Under the pieces are notes generated by a model. It did not search any database, was not told the DNA's origin, and worked only from the letters and a program-made list of their open reading frames with translations. This document shows positions 56,172-64,000 of a stretch of DNA of 64,000 nucleotides, piece by piece. Origin of the DNA: Acidimicrobiales bacterium (GTDB lineage: Bacteria; Actinomycetota; Acidimicrobiia; Acidimicrobiales; CATQHL01); contig OY760933.1 of the NCBI GenBank assembly GCA_963664235.1, forward strand, positions 3,281,048 through 3,345,047. The letters run 5' to 3'. A program made the translations under genes and the position numbers. The first letter of the stretch is position 1, and the number at the start of each line of letters is the position of its first letter.

Positions 56172-56933
56172 ATGAGTCCTCCCAGCCGCCGCGGCGCGCA
56201 CTACGAGCGGTGGCTGGCGGACTATGCGCGGCGGTCGACCACGCCGCCGGTGCCGGCGGCGACGGCGGTGCTGCTGCGCCAGTCGGCGAGCGGCGTCGAG
56301 ACACTGCTGCTGCGCCGCAGCCCGGACCTGCCGGTGATGGGCGGGGTGTGGGTGTTCCCCGGCGGCCGCGTGGATCCACAGGACCGGGTCGCCGCCGACA
56401 ATCCCGACGACCGCTACGAGGTGGCGCGCATCGCCGCGGTGCGGGAGACCGAGGAGGAGGCAGGGCTGCAGGTGGACGCGCGGTCCCTGGTGCGCTTCTC
56501 CCACTGGACTCCCCCGGCGGACTTTGACCACCAACTCACCACCTGGTTCTTCCTGGCGCCGGCGCCGCAGGGCACCGTGCAGGTGGACGGCAGGGAGATC
56601 GCCGAGCACATCTGGCTGACGCCCGCCGAGGCGCTTCGCCGTCACGAGGAATCCGACTACACGTGGTTCCTGCCCCCCACCTACGTGACGCTCTACAACC
56701 TCCAAGGGTTCGCCACGATCGCCGACGCCCTCGCTGCGGCGCAGCGGTCGGAGCCCCACTTCTACGAAACGCGCCTGACAGTCACGTCGAGCGGGGAGGA
56801 GGTTGCCCTGTGGCCGGGCGACGCGGGCTTCGAGACGTCCAATCCCGACCTGCCCGGGCCCCGTCATCGGCTCTGGGCCACGCCCGGCCGACCCTGGTGT
56901 CTGGAACGCAGCGGAGGCAGCGGTCTCACCTAG
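56172..56933 (+). CDS. NUDIX hydrolase
   Basis: Nudix box GGVWVFPGGRVDP...AAVRETEEEAGL. Start is ATG 56172 or 56121. Confidence 0.72.
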   Translation: MSPPSRRGAHYERWLADYARRSTTPPVPAATAVLLRQSASGVETLLLRRSPDLPVMGGVWVFPGGRVDPQDRVAADNPDDRYEVARIAAVRETEEEAGLQVDARSLVRFSHWTPPADFDHQLTTWFFLAPAPQGTVQVDGREIAEHIWLTPAEALRRHEESDYTWFLPPTYVTLYNLQGFATIADALAAAQRSEPHFYETRLTVTSSGEEVALWPGDAGFETSNPDLPGPRHRLWATPGRPWCLERSGGSGLT

Positions 56934-56943
56934 CATCCCGGCC

Positions 56944-59388
56944 ATGAGCGCAGCGGCTGCCGACCTCACCGGCCTGACCGCCGACGAGGTGGCGCAGCGG
57001 GTCGCCGACGGGCGGGTCAACGACGTGCCCGACGCCCCGGTGCGCACCCTCGGCGAGATCGCCCGGGCCAACGTCTTCACGCCCGTCAACGCCATTCTGT
57101 TGAGCCTGCTGGTTCTGATCCTGGTGGCCGACGCGCCCGGCGATGCCCTGTTCGTGGGCGTGGTGGTGTCCAACAGCATCATCGGCATCATCCAGGAGCT
57201 CCGGGCGCGCCACGAACTGCGGCGGCTCGCCGTGCTGTCCGAGCCTCGGGCCCGGGTGCGGCGCGACGGCGAGGCCAGCGAGATCGACGTCGGCGGTGTC
57301 GTGGCCGACGACCTGCTGGAGTTGGCTTCCGGCGACCAGGTGGTGGTGGACGGCGAGGTGCTGGCAGGGGTGGGCTTGGAGGTGGACGAGTCGCTGCTGA
57401 CCGGCGAATCCGACGCCGTGGCGAAGCCGCCCGGCGAGCGGGTCATGTCGGGAAGCTTCGTCGCCGCGGGCAGCGGCGTGTACCGGGCCGACGGCATCGG
57501 CGCCGACTCCTACGCGGCCACATTGAGCGAGGAGGCCCGGCGGTTCGCTCTGGCGGACTCCGAGTTGCGGCGGGGCGTGAACCACATTCTCCGGGTGCTG
57601 GTGTGGCTGATTCCCCCGGCCAGCGCGCTGCTGCTGTGGCGGCTGCTCGGCGCCGAGGATCAGTGGCAGGAGGCGCTGCGGGGAACCGTGGGCGCAGCCG
57701 TGGCGATGGTGCCCGACGGGCTGGTGCTACTCACCTCCCTGGCGTTCGTGGCCGGCGTGATCGCCCTTGCCCGGCGCCGCGTGCTTGCCAAGGAACTCGC
57801 CGCTGTGGAATTGCTGGCCCGCGTCGACACCCTCTGCCTGGACAAGACGGGCACGATCACCACCGGAGAGATCTCCTTCGAGTCGGTCCAGCCGATGGGC
57901 GGCTGGGACGCCGCGGCCGCCACAGATGCCCTCGGGGCGATGGCGGCCGCCGACCCCAGCCCCAACCCCACGACCGCGGCGATCGCCTCGGCGTGCCCCG
58001 CCCCGGGCGGATGGCAGGTCGTGGATGTGGAGCCTTTCTCCTCCGCCCGCAAGTGGGCCTCCGCGGCGTTCGCCGAACAGGGACTGTTCTACATCGGCGC
58101 GCCCGACATGCTGCTGGCGCCAGGAGATGGCGAGGCGCGGGACTGCGTCGCCGAGTGGGCGGCGGCCGGCCGGCGCGTCCTGCTGCTCAGCCAGGCGGAT
58201 GGGGGTGCAGGGGCGGCGGACGGCGACGGGCTCGCGCCGGATCGACACGCCGTGGCTGTTGTGGTCCTCGGCGACACGATCCGCCACGACGCTCCCGAGA
58301 TCCTGGCCTACTTCCGCGATCAGGGCGTCGACCTGAAGGTGATCTCCGGCGACAACGCCGCCACCGTCTCGGCGGTCGCCCAGCGGGCCGGCGTGCCGGG
58401 CGCCGAGACGTACGTGGACGCCCGCGAGCTGCCGACAGACGCGGCCGGGTTGGGCGCCGCCATGGAGACCACCGCTGTGTTCGGGCGGGTCACACCGCAC
58501 CAGAAGCGCGCCATGGTGGGCGCCCTTCAAGCGGGGGGCCGGACCGTGGCGATGACCGGCGACGGCGTCAACGACGTGCTGGCCCTGAAGGACGCCGACA
58601 TGGGAATCGCTATGGGTTCGGGCAGCGCCGCCAGCCGGGCGGTCGCAGAACTTGTGGTGCTGGACGACTCGTTCGCCACGCTGCCACGGGTCGTGGACGA
58701 AGGCCGCAAGGTCATCAACAACGTGGAACGGGTCTCCAACCTGTTCATAGCCAAGGCCGCGTATGCGCTGTTGATCACGGCCGCCATCGGGATCATGGGG
58801 GTGTCGTTCCCGTTCCTGCCCCGCCACCTCACGCTGATCGGCACCTTCAGCATCGGGGTCCCGGGAGTCTTCCTGGCCCTGGCGCCCAGCACCGAGCTGG
58901 TGCGGCCCGGCTTCCTGCGGCGGATATTGCGCTTCTCGATACCGGCCGGCGCGGTGGCGGCGATCTGCACGATGGTGGTCTACGAGGTGGCCCGCCGGGC
59001 GTCGGAGACCTCACTCATCGAGGCGCGCACCGTGGCCACGATGACGCTCCTGGGCCTCGGGCTCGTCATCCTCGTGGTCACCAGCCGGCCCCTCCGGCCC
59101 TGGAAGATCGTGCTGGCGGTGGCGATGGGCCTGCTGTACGTCGTGGTGATGGCGGCCGGCGGGTTGCGTGAGTACTTCGAGTTGGACCTGCCGCCGGCGT
59201 GGCTGTGGGGTCCCGTATGCGCCGCCGTCGTCGTCGGGGGCGCCGCCATCGTCGCCCTGCCCCGGTTCGTGCACGGCCCCCGCTGGTTCCGCTACCGCCG
59301 CTCGAGGGGTACAGGTCTCGATCAGGAGCAGAACGGTGCCGGAAACTCGCACCCGCCGGCAGCGCCGGAGACCGGCGACGGCGCCTGA
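56944..59388 (+). CDS. Cation-translocating P-type ATPase (HAD-IC, P2/CtpE-like)
   Basis: TGES, phosphorylation site CLDKTGTITTGE, and the hinge MTGDGVNDVLALKDADMGIAMG. 814 aa. Confidence 0.9.
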   Translation: MSAAAADLTGLTADEVAQRVADGRVNDVPDAPVRTLGEIARANVFTPVNAILLSLLVLILVADAPGDALFVGVVVSNSIIGIIQELRARHELRRLAVLSEPRARVRRDGEASEIDVGGVVADDLLELASGDQVVVDGEVLAGVGLEVDESLLTGESDAVAKPPGERVMSGSFVAAGSGVYRADGIGADSYAATLSEEARRFALADSELRRGVNHILRVLVWLIPPASALLLWRLLGAEDQWQEALRGTVGAAVAMVPDGLVLLTSLAFVAGVIALARRRVLAKELAAVELLARVDTLCLDKTGTITTGEISFESVQPMGGWDAAAATDALGAMAAADPSPNPTTAAIASACPAPGGWQVVDVEPFSSARKWASAAFAEQGLFYIGAPDMLLAPGDGEARDCVAEWAAAGRRVLLLSQADGGAGAADGDGLAPDRHAVAVVVLGDTIRHDAPEILAYFRDQGVDLKVISGDNAATVSAVAQRAGVPGAETYVDARELPTDAAGLGAAMETTAVFGRVTPHQKRAMVGALQAGGRTVAMTGDGVNDVLALKDADMGIAMGSGSAASRAVAELVVLDDSFATLPRVVDEGRKVINNVERVSNLFIAKAAYALLITAAIGIMGVSFPFLPRHLTLIGTFSIGVPGVFLALAPSTELVRPGFLRRILRFSIPAGAVAAICTMVVYEVARRASETSLIEARTVATMTLLGLGLVILVVTSRPLRPWKIVLAVAMGLLYVVVMAAGGLREYFELDLPPAWLWGPVCAAVVVGGAAIVALPRFVHGPRWFRYRRSRGTGLDQEQNGAGNSHPPAAPETGDGA

Positions 59389-59404
59389 GAATCCGGAGGT
59401 CACC

Positions 59405-60967
59405 GTGCAGAACCCTGTCCCGTCCGCCGTCGGCTCCGCCGGCATGGTCTGCTCCATCGACCGGCGCGCCAGCGAGGCCGGCGTCCGCATGCTCGCCGGG
59501 GGAGGCAACGCCGTGGACGCCGCGGTGGCGGCGGCCGCGGTTCTGGCGGTCGTGGCGCCGAACACCTGCGGTATGGGCGGCGACATGTTCGCCCTCGTCG
59601 GCGCAGGCGACGGTCCCCCGCTGTGTTTGAACGCTTCGGGCCGGGCGCCGTCGGGAGCCTCTGCCGAGCGGCTGCGCGCCGAGGGTCATCGCGCCATGCC
59701 CCGTCTGCGCCACCCGGCAGCGGTCACCGTTCCGGGCTGCGTGGACGGCTGGCTGGTACTGCACGACCGCTTCGGGGCAATGAACCTGCCCGAGGTGCTC
59801 GGCGCGGCGCACGCCTACGCAGCAGACGGATTCGCCGCCTCGGCCGAACTGGCCGCCGCTGCGGGCGACGTGGCCGCCTCGGTGGGCAACACCGACATTC
59901 CCGGCGACCTGCGCGCCGGCGAGGTGGTGCGGCGCCCCGGCTCGGCGCGTGCGCTGGAAGCGGTCGCCACCGAGGGGCGGGACGCCTTCTACGGCGGCGA
60001 GTTCGGCGACGGCCTGCTGGGGCTCGCCGACGGGCTGTTCGGCCCCGAGGACTTGGCCACCCCGCAGGCGGACTGGGTGGAGCCGGCCACCGTCGAGGCC
60101 TGGGGCCACCGGCTCTGGACCGTGCCGCCGAACTCGCAGGGTTACCTGATCCTGGCGGCGGCCGCCCTGGCGCAAGGGCTCGACCTGCCCACCGACCCCG
60201 GCGACGCCGACTGGGCGCACTGGCTGATCGAGGCGGCGCGGGCCGTGGGGTCGTTCCGGCCCGGCGAGCTGTCCGACGCCGCGGACGTGGCCGGACTGCT
60301 CGACCCGGCGCGCATCGACGGTCTGCGCCGGCGTGTGCTGGCGGGCGACACCCCGGTCACCCCACCGACCGGTGGCGGCGACACGACCTACCTGTGCACC
60401 GCTGACGACAGCCTGACCGTCTCGCTCATCCAGTCGAACGCGATGGGCTTCGGGTCGCTGCTGGTCTCCGGCAGCACCGGCATCTTCCTGCACAACCGGG
60501 GGCTGGGCTTCAGCCTCGACCCCGCGCACCCGGCCTGCTACGCACCCGGCCGGCGCCCGCCCCACACCCTCAGCCCGGCGCTCGTCACGACGCTCGACGG
60601 CGACAACCGGGCGGTGCTGGGGACGATGGGGGGCGACGCCCAGCCGCAGGTGGTGCTGCAGATGCTGGCCCGGCTGTTGCACTGCGAGCAGTCTCCGGCC
60701 GAGATCCTGGGAGCCGGCCGCTGGGTGCTGCTGGGGCCCGACGCCTTCGCCACCTGGACGCCCGGCTGGCGACCGCCGGTGGCCCTCGAGCCGCACGCGC
60801 CGGCGGCCTGGGTCGGCGGTCTGGCGACACGGGGCCACAACGTCGGCGGCTTCGGCGAGAACCCGAAACTCTCGGGCCACGCCCACCTCATCGAGGTACG
60901 CCCCGACGGCACGCTGTCGGGCGCCGCCGAACCCCGCACCGCTCTGGCCGCTGCGGTCGGCATCTGA
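59405..60967 (+). CDS. Gamma-glutamyltransferase-family protein
   Basis: The N-terminus GMVCSIDRRASEAGVRMLAGGGNAVDAAVA and the autoprocessing/nucleophile region GGDTTYLCTAD are present. Confidence 0.85.
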   Translation: MQNPVPSAVGSAGMVCSIDRRASEAGVRMLAGGGNAVDAAVAAAAVLAVVAPNTCGMGGDMFALVGAGDGPPLCLNASGRAPSGASAERLRAEGHRAMPRLRHPAAVTVPGCVDGWLVLHDRFGAMNLPEVLGAAHAYAADGFAASAELAAAAGDVAASVGNTDIPGDLRAGEVVRRPGSARALEAVATEGRDAFYGGEFGDGLLGLADGLFGPEDLATPQADWVEPATVEAWGHRLWTVPPNSQGYLILAAAALAQGLDLPTDPGDADWAHWLIEAARAVGSFRPGELSDAADVAGLLDPARIDGLRRRVLAGDTPVTPPTGGGDTTYLCTADDSLTVSLIQSNAMGFGSLLVSGSTGIFLHNRGLGFSLDPAHPACYAPGRRPPHTLSPALVTTLDGDNRAVLGTMGGDAQPQVVLQMLARLLHCEQSPAEILGAGRWVLLGPDAFATWTPGWRPPVALEPHAPAAWVGGLATRGHNVGGFGENPKLSGHAHLIEVRPDGTLSGAAEPRTALAAAVGI

Positions 60968-60979
60968 ACGGCCGCGGGG

Positions 60980-61007
60980 CTGGATTCCGGCCTTCGCCGG
61001 AACGACG
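60980..61007 (+). repeat. REP-like palindromic element, copy 3
   Basis: CTGGATTCCGGC-CTTC-GCCGGAACGACG. One stem mismatch (T>C). Confidence 0.65.
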
Positions 61008-61094
61008 AGTGGGGCCGCAACGACCAGTGGGGCCGCAACGACCAGTGGGGCCGCAACGACCAGTGGGGCCGCAACGACCGGTGGCGGCCGCAAC
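61004..61094 (+). repeat. Tandem repeat, 18 bp x 5 (GAC[G/C]AGTGGGGCCGCAAC; last unit 19 bp)
   Basis: Units at 61004, 61022, 61040, 61058 and 61076, read directly. Intergenic, between GGT and the EamA gene. Confidence 0.9.
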
Positions 61095-61173
61095 GATGAC
61101 AGGACCGGCCCTCTGCGGGGTAACGGCTGGGGTGACCTCTCGGCTCTCGCCGGGCTTCCCGTAGCATCGGCCG

Positions 61174-62037
61174 ATGCGGCGAATCGACCCCACGAGGATC
61201 CCGCCCGAGCCGCTGTTCATTCTCGGCGCCACCTCGCAGTTCGTCGGGCAGGCGCTGGCGGTGAACCTGTTCGACGAGCTGACACCCGGCGGCACGGCTC
61301 TGCTGCGGGTCCTCGGGGCGGCGCTCATGATCGTGGCGCTGCGGCGCTCCTGGCGGCGTCGCTGGACCGCCAGCGAGCTGCGCTGGGCGTCGGTCTTCGG
61401 CATCGTGCTGGCAGCCATGAACCTGGCCATCTACTACGCGGTGGAGGTGGTGCCGCTCGGCAACGCCGTCTCCATCGAGTTCCTGGGGCCTGTGGCCGTG
61501 GCCGCCTTCGGCACCCGCACGCTGCGTTCGACCGCCGCGCTGGCGCTGGCAGCCGGCGGGGTGGTGGTGCTGGCGGGGGTGGAGACCGGCGGCACGCTGC
61601 GGGGCGTCTGGTTCGCTCTGCTGGCCGGCGCCTTCTGGGCGGGTTACATCGTGCTCGGCCACCGGGTGGCGCGGGGCGCGGCATGGGTGGACGGGCTCGG
61701 CGTGGGCATGCTGGTCGGCGCCCTGGTCATCAGCCCGTTCGGGATCCCTCACGTGCCGACCGCGGTGAGGGAGCCGACCCTGCTGGGACTCGGCCTCCTG
61801 GTCGGCCTGCTCTCGAACGTGGTCCCCTACGGCCTCGACCAGTGGGTGATGCGGCGCATCGACCAGCACCGCTTCGCCCTCCTGCAGGCACTGGCGCCCG
61901 TGACGGCCGCGGTGGTCGGGTTCCTCCTGCTCTCCCAGGCGCCGAGCCCAAGGGAGATGATCGGCATCGGCCTAGTCGTGGTCGCCATCGTGCTGAGCCG
62001 CTCGGCCAGCCGCCCACCCACCACCGCTGCTGCCTGA
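61174..62037 (+). CDS. EamA/DMT-family transporter (RhtA-like exporter)
   Basis: Ten-TM-type hydrophobic profile with two EamA-like halves. 287 aa. Confidence 0.78.
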   Translation: MRRIDPTRIPPEPLFILGATSQFVGQALAVNLFDELTPGGTALLRVLGAALMIVALRRSWRRRWTASELRWASVFGIVLAAMNLAIYYAVEVVPLGNAVSIEFLGPVAVAAFGTRTLRSTAALALAAGGVVVLAGVETGGTLRGVWFALLAGAFWAGYIVLGHRVARGAAWVDGLGVGMLVGALVISPFGIPHVPTAVREPTLLGLGLLVGLLSNVVPYGLDQWVMRRIDQHRFALLQALAPVTAAVVGFLLLSQAPSPREMIGIGLVVVAIVLSRSASRPPTTAAA

Positions 62038-62119
62038 TGTCACGGACCGTGTCGCAGTCGGTGAGAATGTCCTTGGGCGCCGACCCTCCCGTCGGCGCCG
62101 CCGGACTCGAGGAGGCGCC

Positions 62120-63274
62120 ATGAGGATCACCGGCGTCGAGACCGTGCTCTACGAGTACGAGTTGTCGCGGCCGATCGGCGACGTGAACATCCCCGACGGG
62201 ATCCGGCGCCGCGCCGACCTTGCGGTGTTCGTCCGTACCGACGAGGGCATCGACGGCGTCGCCGTTGCCAGCCGCCTCGGCGCCGGCGCCATCCCGATGC
62301 TCTCGGGGGCTGTGATCGACGAGGATCCGCTCCGCCATCGGGGCCTTTGGGAACGGATGATCGGCGCCTCGTTCAAGCCGGGCAACGAGGGGGCCACCGC
62401 CATCGGGATCGCGGCGATCGACAACGCCCTGTGGGATCTGCGCGCCAAGATCGCCGGGGTGCCGCTGTGGCAGTTCTTCGGGGCGCTGGAGCCTCGCGTC
62501 CCGGCCTACGCAAGCGGACTGGACGGCCCGCTCGGCGACGACGAGTTGCGCGCCTACTACGAGTCCATGGCCGCCCAGGGCGTACGGGCCGGCAAGCTGA
62601 AAGTGGGCTTCGGCATCGAGACCGACCTCCGCCGGCTCACCATCATGCACGAGGCGCTCGGCGGCTCGACCGTCGGGCCGACCCTGCTGGTGGACGCCAA
62701 CGAGTTCTGGTCACCCAAGCAGGCGGTGCGGGCGATGCGCGCCCTCGAGCGACACTTCGACATCGCCTGGTGCGAGGAGCCGGTGATCCGCACCGACCTG
62801 GAAGGGCTGTCCGACGTGTCGAAGGCAATCGGCGCGGCGGTGGCGACCGGCGAGAACCTCAAGGACATCCACCTGTTCGCCGCCCTGTTGCGCCACGGTG
62901 CCGCCGACGTGGTTCAGGTGAACCCCAACATGGCGGGGCTCACCACTTGCCTGCGCGCCGCCGAGTTGGCGCAGGCCTTCGACAGGCCGGTGTCGCTGAT
63001 GAACTCCGCGGGCCGTTACGGCGCTCATCTGGCGGCGGCGCTCCCGCACCACACCATGATGGAGGTGCTCGACGCCGGGCGCGACGCCACGTTCGCGTTC
63101 GACTCGACGATCACCGAAGGCTGGATCGTGCTGGGCGAGGGACCCGGCGCCGGCATCACGTTCGACCCCGAGGCCCTCGAACGCCACCGTGTGGACCACC
63201 CCGATGCGCTCAACGCCCGCCTCGCCGCCGGCCGCCACCCCCGCGCCGGCGTCAGAGAACGCCCCGACGGGTAG
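62120..63274 (+). CDS. Enolase-superfamily enzyme (mandelate racemase / muconate lactonizing family)
   Basis: AIDNALWDLRAK, KLKVG, metal ligands in LLVDANEFW and WCEEP, and ATGENL. Confidence 0.85.
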   Translation: MRITGVETVLYEYELSRPIGDVNIPDGIRRRADLAVFVRTDEGIDGVAVASRLGAGAIPMLSGAVIDEDPLRHRGLWERMIGASFKPGNEGATAIGIAAIDNALWDLRAKIAGVPLWQFFGALEPRVPAYASGLDGPLGDDELRAYYESMAAQGVRAGKLKVGFGIETDLRRLTIMHEALGGSTVGPTLLVDANEFWSPKQAVRAMRALERHFDIAWCEEPVIRTDLEGLSDVSKAIGAAVATGENLKDIHLFAALLRHGAADVVQVNPNMAGLTTCLRAAELAQAFDRPVSLMNSAGRYGAHLAAALPHHTMMEVLDAGRDATFAFDSTITEGWIVLGEGPGAGITFDPEALERHRVDHPDALNARLAAGRHPRAGVRERPDG

Positions 63275-63400
63275 CTGTCGCCAAGATCCGGCGCCGCGGC
63301 CGCGGAGACATGCGGCTTCGGTCCCACCTGCTCCACGGTTGCCGCACCGACAGGCGACCCTGCTCCTCGGGCTCGGGGCCGACACCCCGGCAAGGACGTC

Positions 63401-64000
63401 TCAGCAACCGGCGCGGGCCTCCAGAGCCGGCCACAGTCCGTCGGGGAGCGTGCGCTGGAGATGCTCCCAGTTCTCGACGGCCTCCCGGGCATTGGCGGCG
63501 CCGATCAGGACGGTGCCGACCGCGGTGTGCCGCGCCACGAACTGTGCCGCCGCGGCCGGCAGCGGCACGTCGAAGTCCTCGCAGACGCTCCCGAGCCTCC
63601 CGGTCCGCTCGAGAACGTCCCGCGGAGCGGTCACGTAGTTGAAGGTCTCGCGCCCGGCGAGGACACCCGAGTTGTAGACCCCTCCCGCCACGAGGTGCAC
63701 GCCGCGGGCCATGGCGGCACCGAACAACCCCTCCTCGGCTTCGCGATCCAGCAGCGTGTAGCGCCCCGCGATCAGCACCACGTCGATGTCGGTCTCGGTC
63801 ACGAAGCGGGTCGGCAACCCGGGGCGGTTCATCCCCACGCCGATGGCGCCGACGACACCCTCGGCGCGCAGTTGCTCCAGCGCCGGGTAGGCCTCGGTGA
63901 GCGCCTGGTGCGCATGGTCGTCGGGGTCGTGGATGAACGCCACGTCGACATAGCTGCGGTCCATCCGCTCGAAGCTGGCCTCGAGCGAGCGCCGCACACC
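63401..64000 (-). CDS. Aldo/keto reductase, partial (N-terminus beyond the window end)
   Basis: SLEASFERMDRSYVDVAFIHDPD and GAIGVGMN are present. The ORF is open to the window edge. Confidence 0.75.
   Translation of the reverse strand, partial: GVRRSLEASFERMDRSYVDVAFIHDPDDHAHQALTEAYPALEQLRAEGVVGAIGVGMNRPGLPTRFVTETDIDVVLIAGRYTLLDREAEEGLFGAAMARGVHLVAGGVYNSGVLAGRETFNYVTAPRDVLERTGRLGSVCEDFDVPLPAAAAQFVARHTAVGTVLIGAANAREAVENWEHLQRTLPDGLWPALEARAGC

Noticed and set aside
59078-61093. 671-aa - strand ORF spanning the GGT gene antisense and running through the REP element and the tandem repeat
   Set aside because: It has no domain. It reads through obviously non-coding repeats (…PLVVAAPLVVAAPLVV…PAKAGIQ…), which is the typical artefact of translating REP and tandem DNA.
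61004-61094. Possible CRISPR array
   Set aside because: The repeats are directly contiguous 18-mers with no spacers, no cas genes are nearby, and the unit is too short. It is a simple tandem repeat.

Overview
This is a visibly GC-rich, densely coding chromosomal segment with an actinobacterial flavour: an F420/PPOX-type protein, DUF222-HNH '13E12-like' genes, VapBC-type modules, many GTG starts and many 4-nt ATGA/GTGA gene overlaps. About 60 genes can be supported. Many long ORFs in the six-frame track are antisense 'mirror' ORFs typical of high-GC DNA and were discarded. Several track ORFs also carry artificial N-terminal extensions, which I trimmed to starts backed by RBS or overlap evidence.

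Layout from left to right:
- 0-10.6 kb, miscellaneous genes: PPOX, glnS, PAP2, SDR, ABM, VOC, DUF45 hydrolase, an orphan AceE-like E1, a sulfotransferase and DUF1214.
- 10.7-16.3 kb, accessory patch: an RHH/DUF433-like plus DUF5615 PIN-like toxin-antitoxin pair, tRNA-Arg(UCU), and an IS256-family element with a 9-bp target duplication that is itself split by a complete IS110-family element. An intact DUF222-HNH gene follows, behind a near-consensus promoter.
- 16.3-43.5 kb, catabolic and transport blocks:
  - acyl-CoA dehydrogenase plus indolepyruvate:ferredoxin oxidoreductase
  - a livHMJGF-type importer
  - isochorismatase, an SMP-30 lactonase, and a FAD/FeS/split-Mo hydroxylase with a cupin
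  - FAD amine oxidase, class-III aminotransferase, a C45 acyltransferase-like protein, GNAT, Lrp, an agmatinase-family enzyme and potABCD
- 43.5-48.1 kb, second accessory patch: an AT-rich spacer, an 869-aa exported protein built of about 19 Cys-pair RCC1-like repeats, and a degenerate DUF222-HNH paralogue. This patch abuts an ERG4/ERG24 sterol-reductase-family gene that carries an in-frame TGA.
- 49-64 kb: SDRs, an RraA-like protein, nucleoside hydrolase, NIPSNAP, a cupin plus ThDP enzyme, VapBC, NUDIX, a P-type ATPase, GGT, EamA, an enolase-superfamily enzyme and an AKR cut by the window end.

Non-genic structure includes three copies of a REP-like palindrome, an 18-bp x5 tandem array seeded at one of them, several operator-like palindromes and terminator hairpins. 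I saw no rRNA, CRISPR array, integrase or prophage.

The best candidates for something new are:
- the Cys-pair repeat protein locus
- the IS110 leader, whose nested complementarity to its own ends and to the insertion site suggests a bridge/seek RNA
- the aminotransferase-C45-GNAT-Lrp-ureohydrolase operon
- the NdhFSLM-like split hydroxylase neighbourhood

All family calls rest on recognising motifs by eye. No database search was run.
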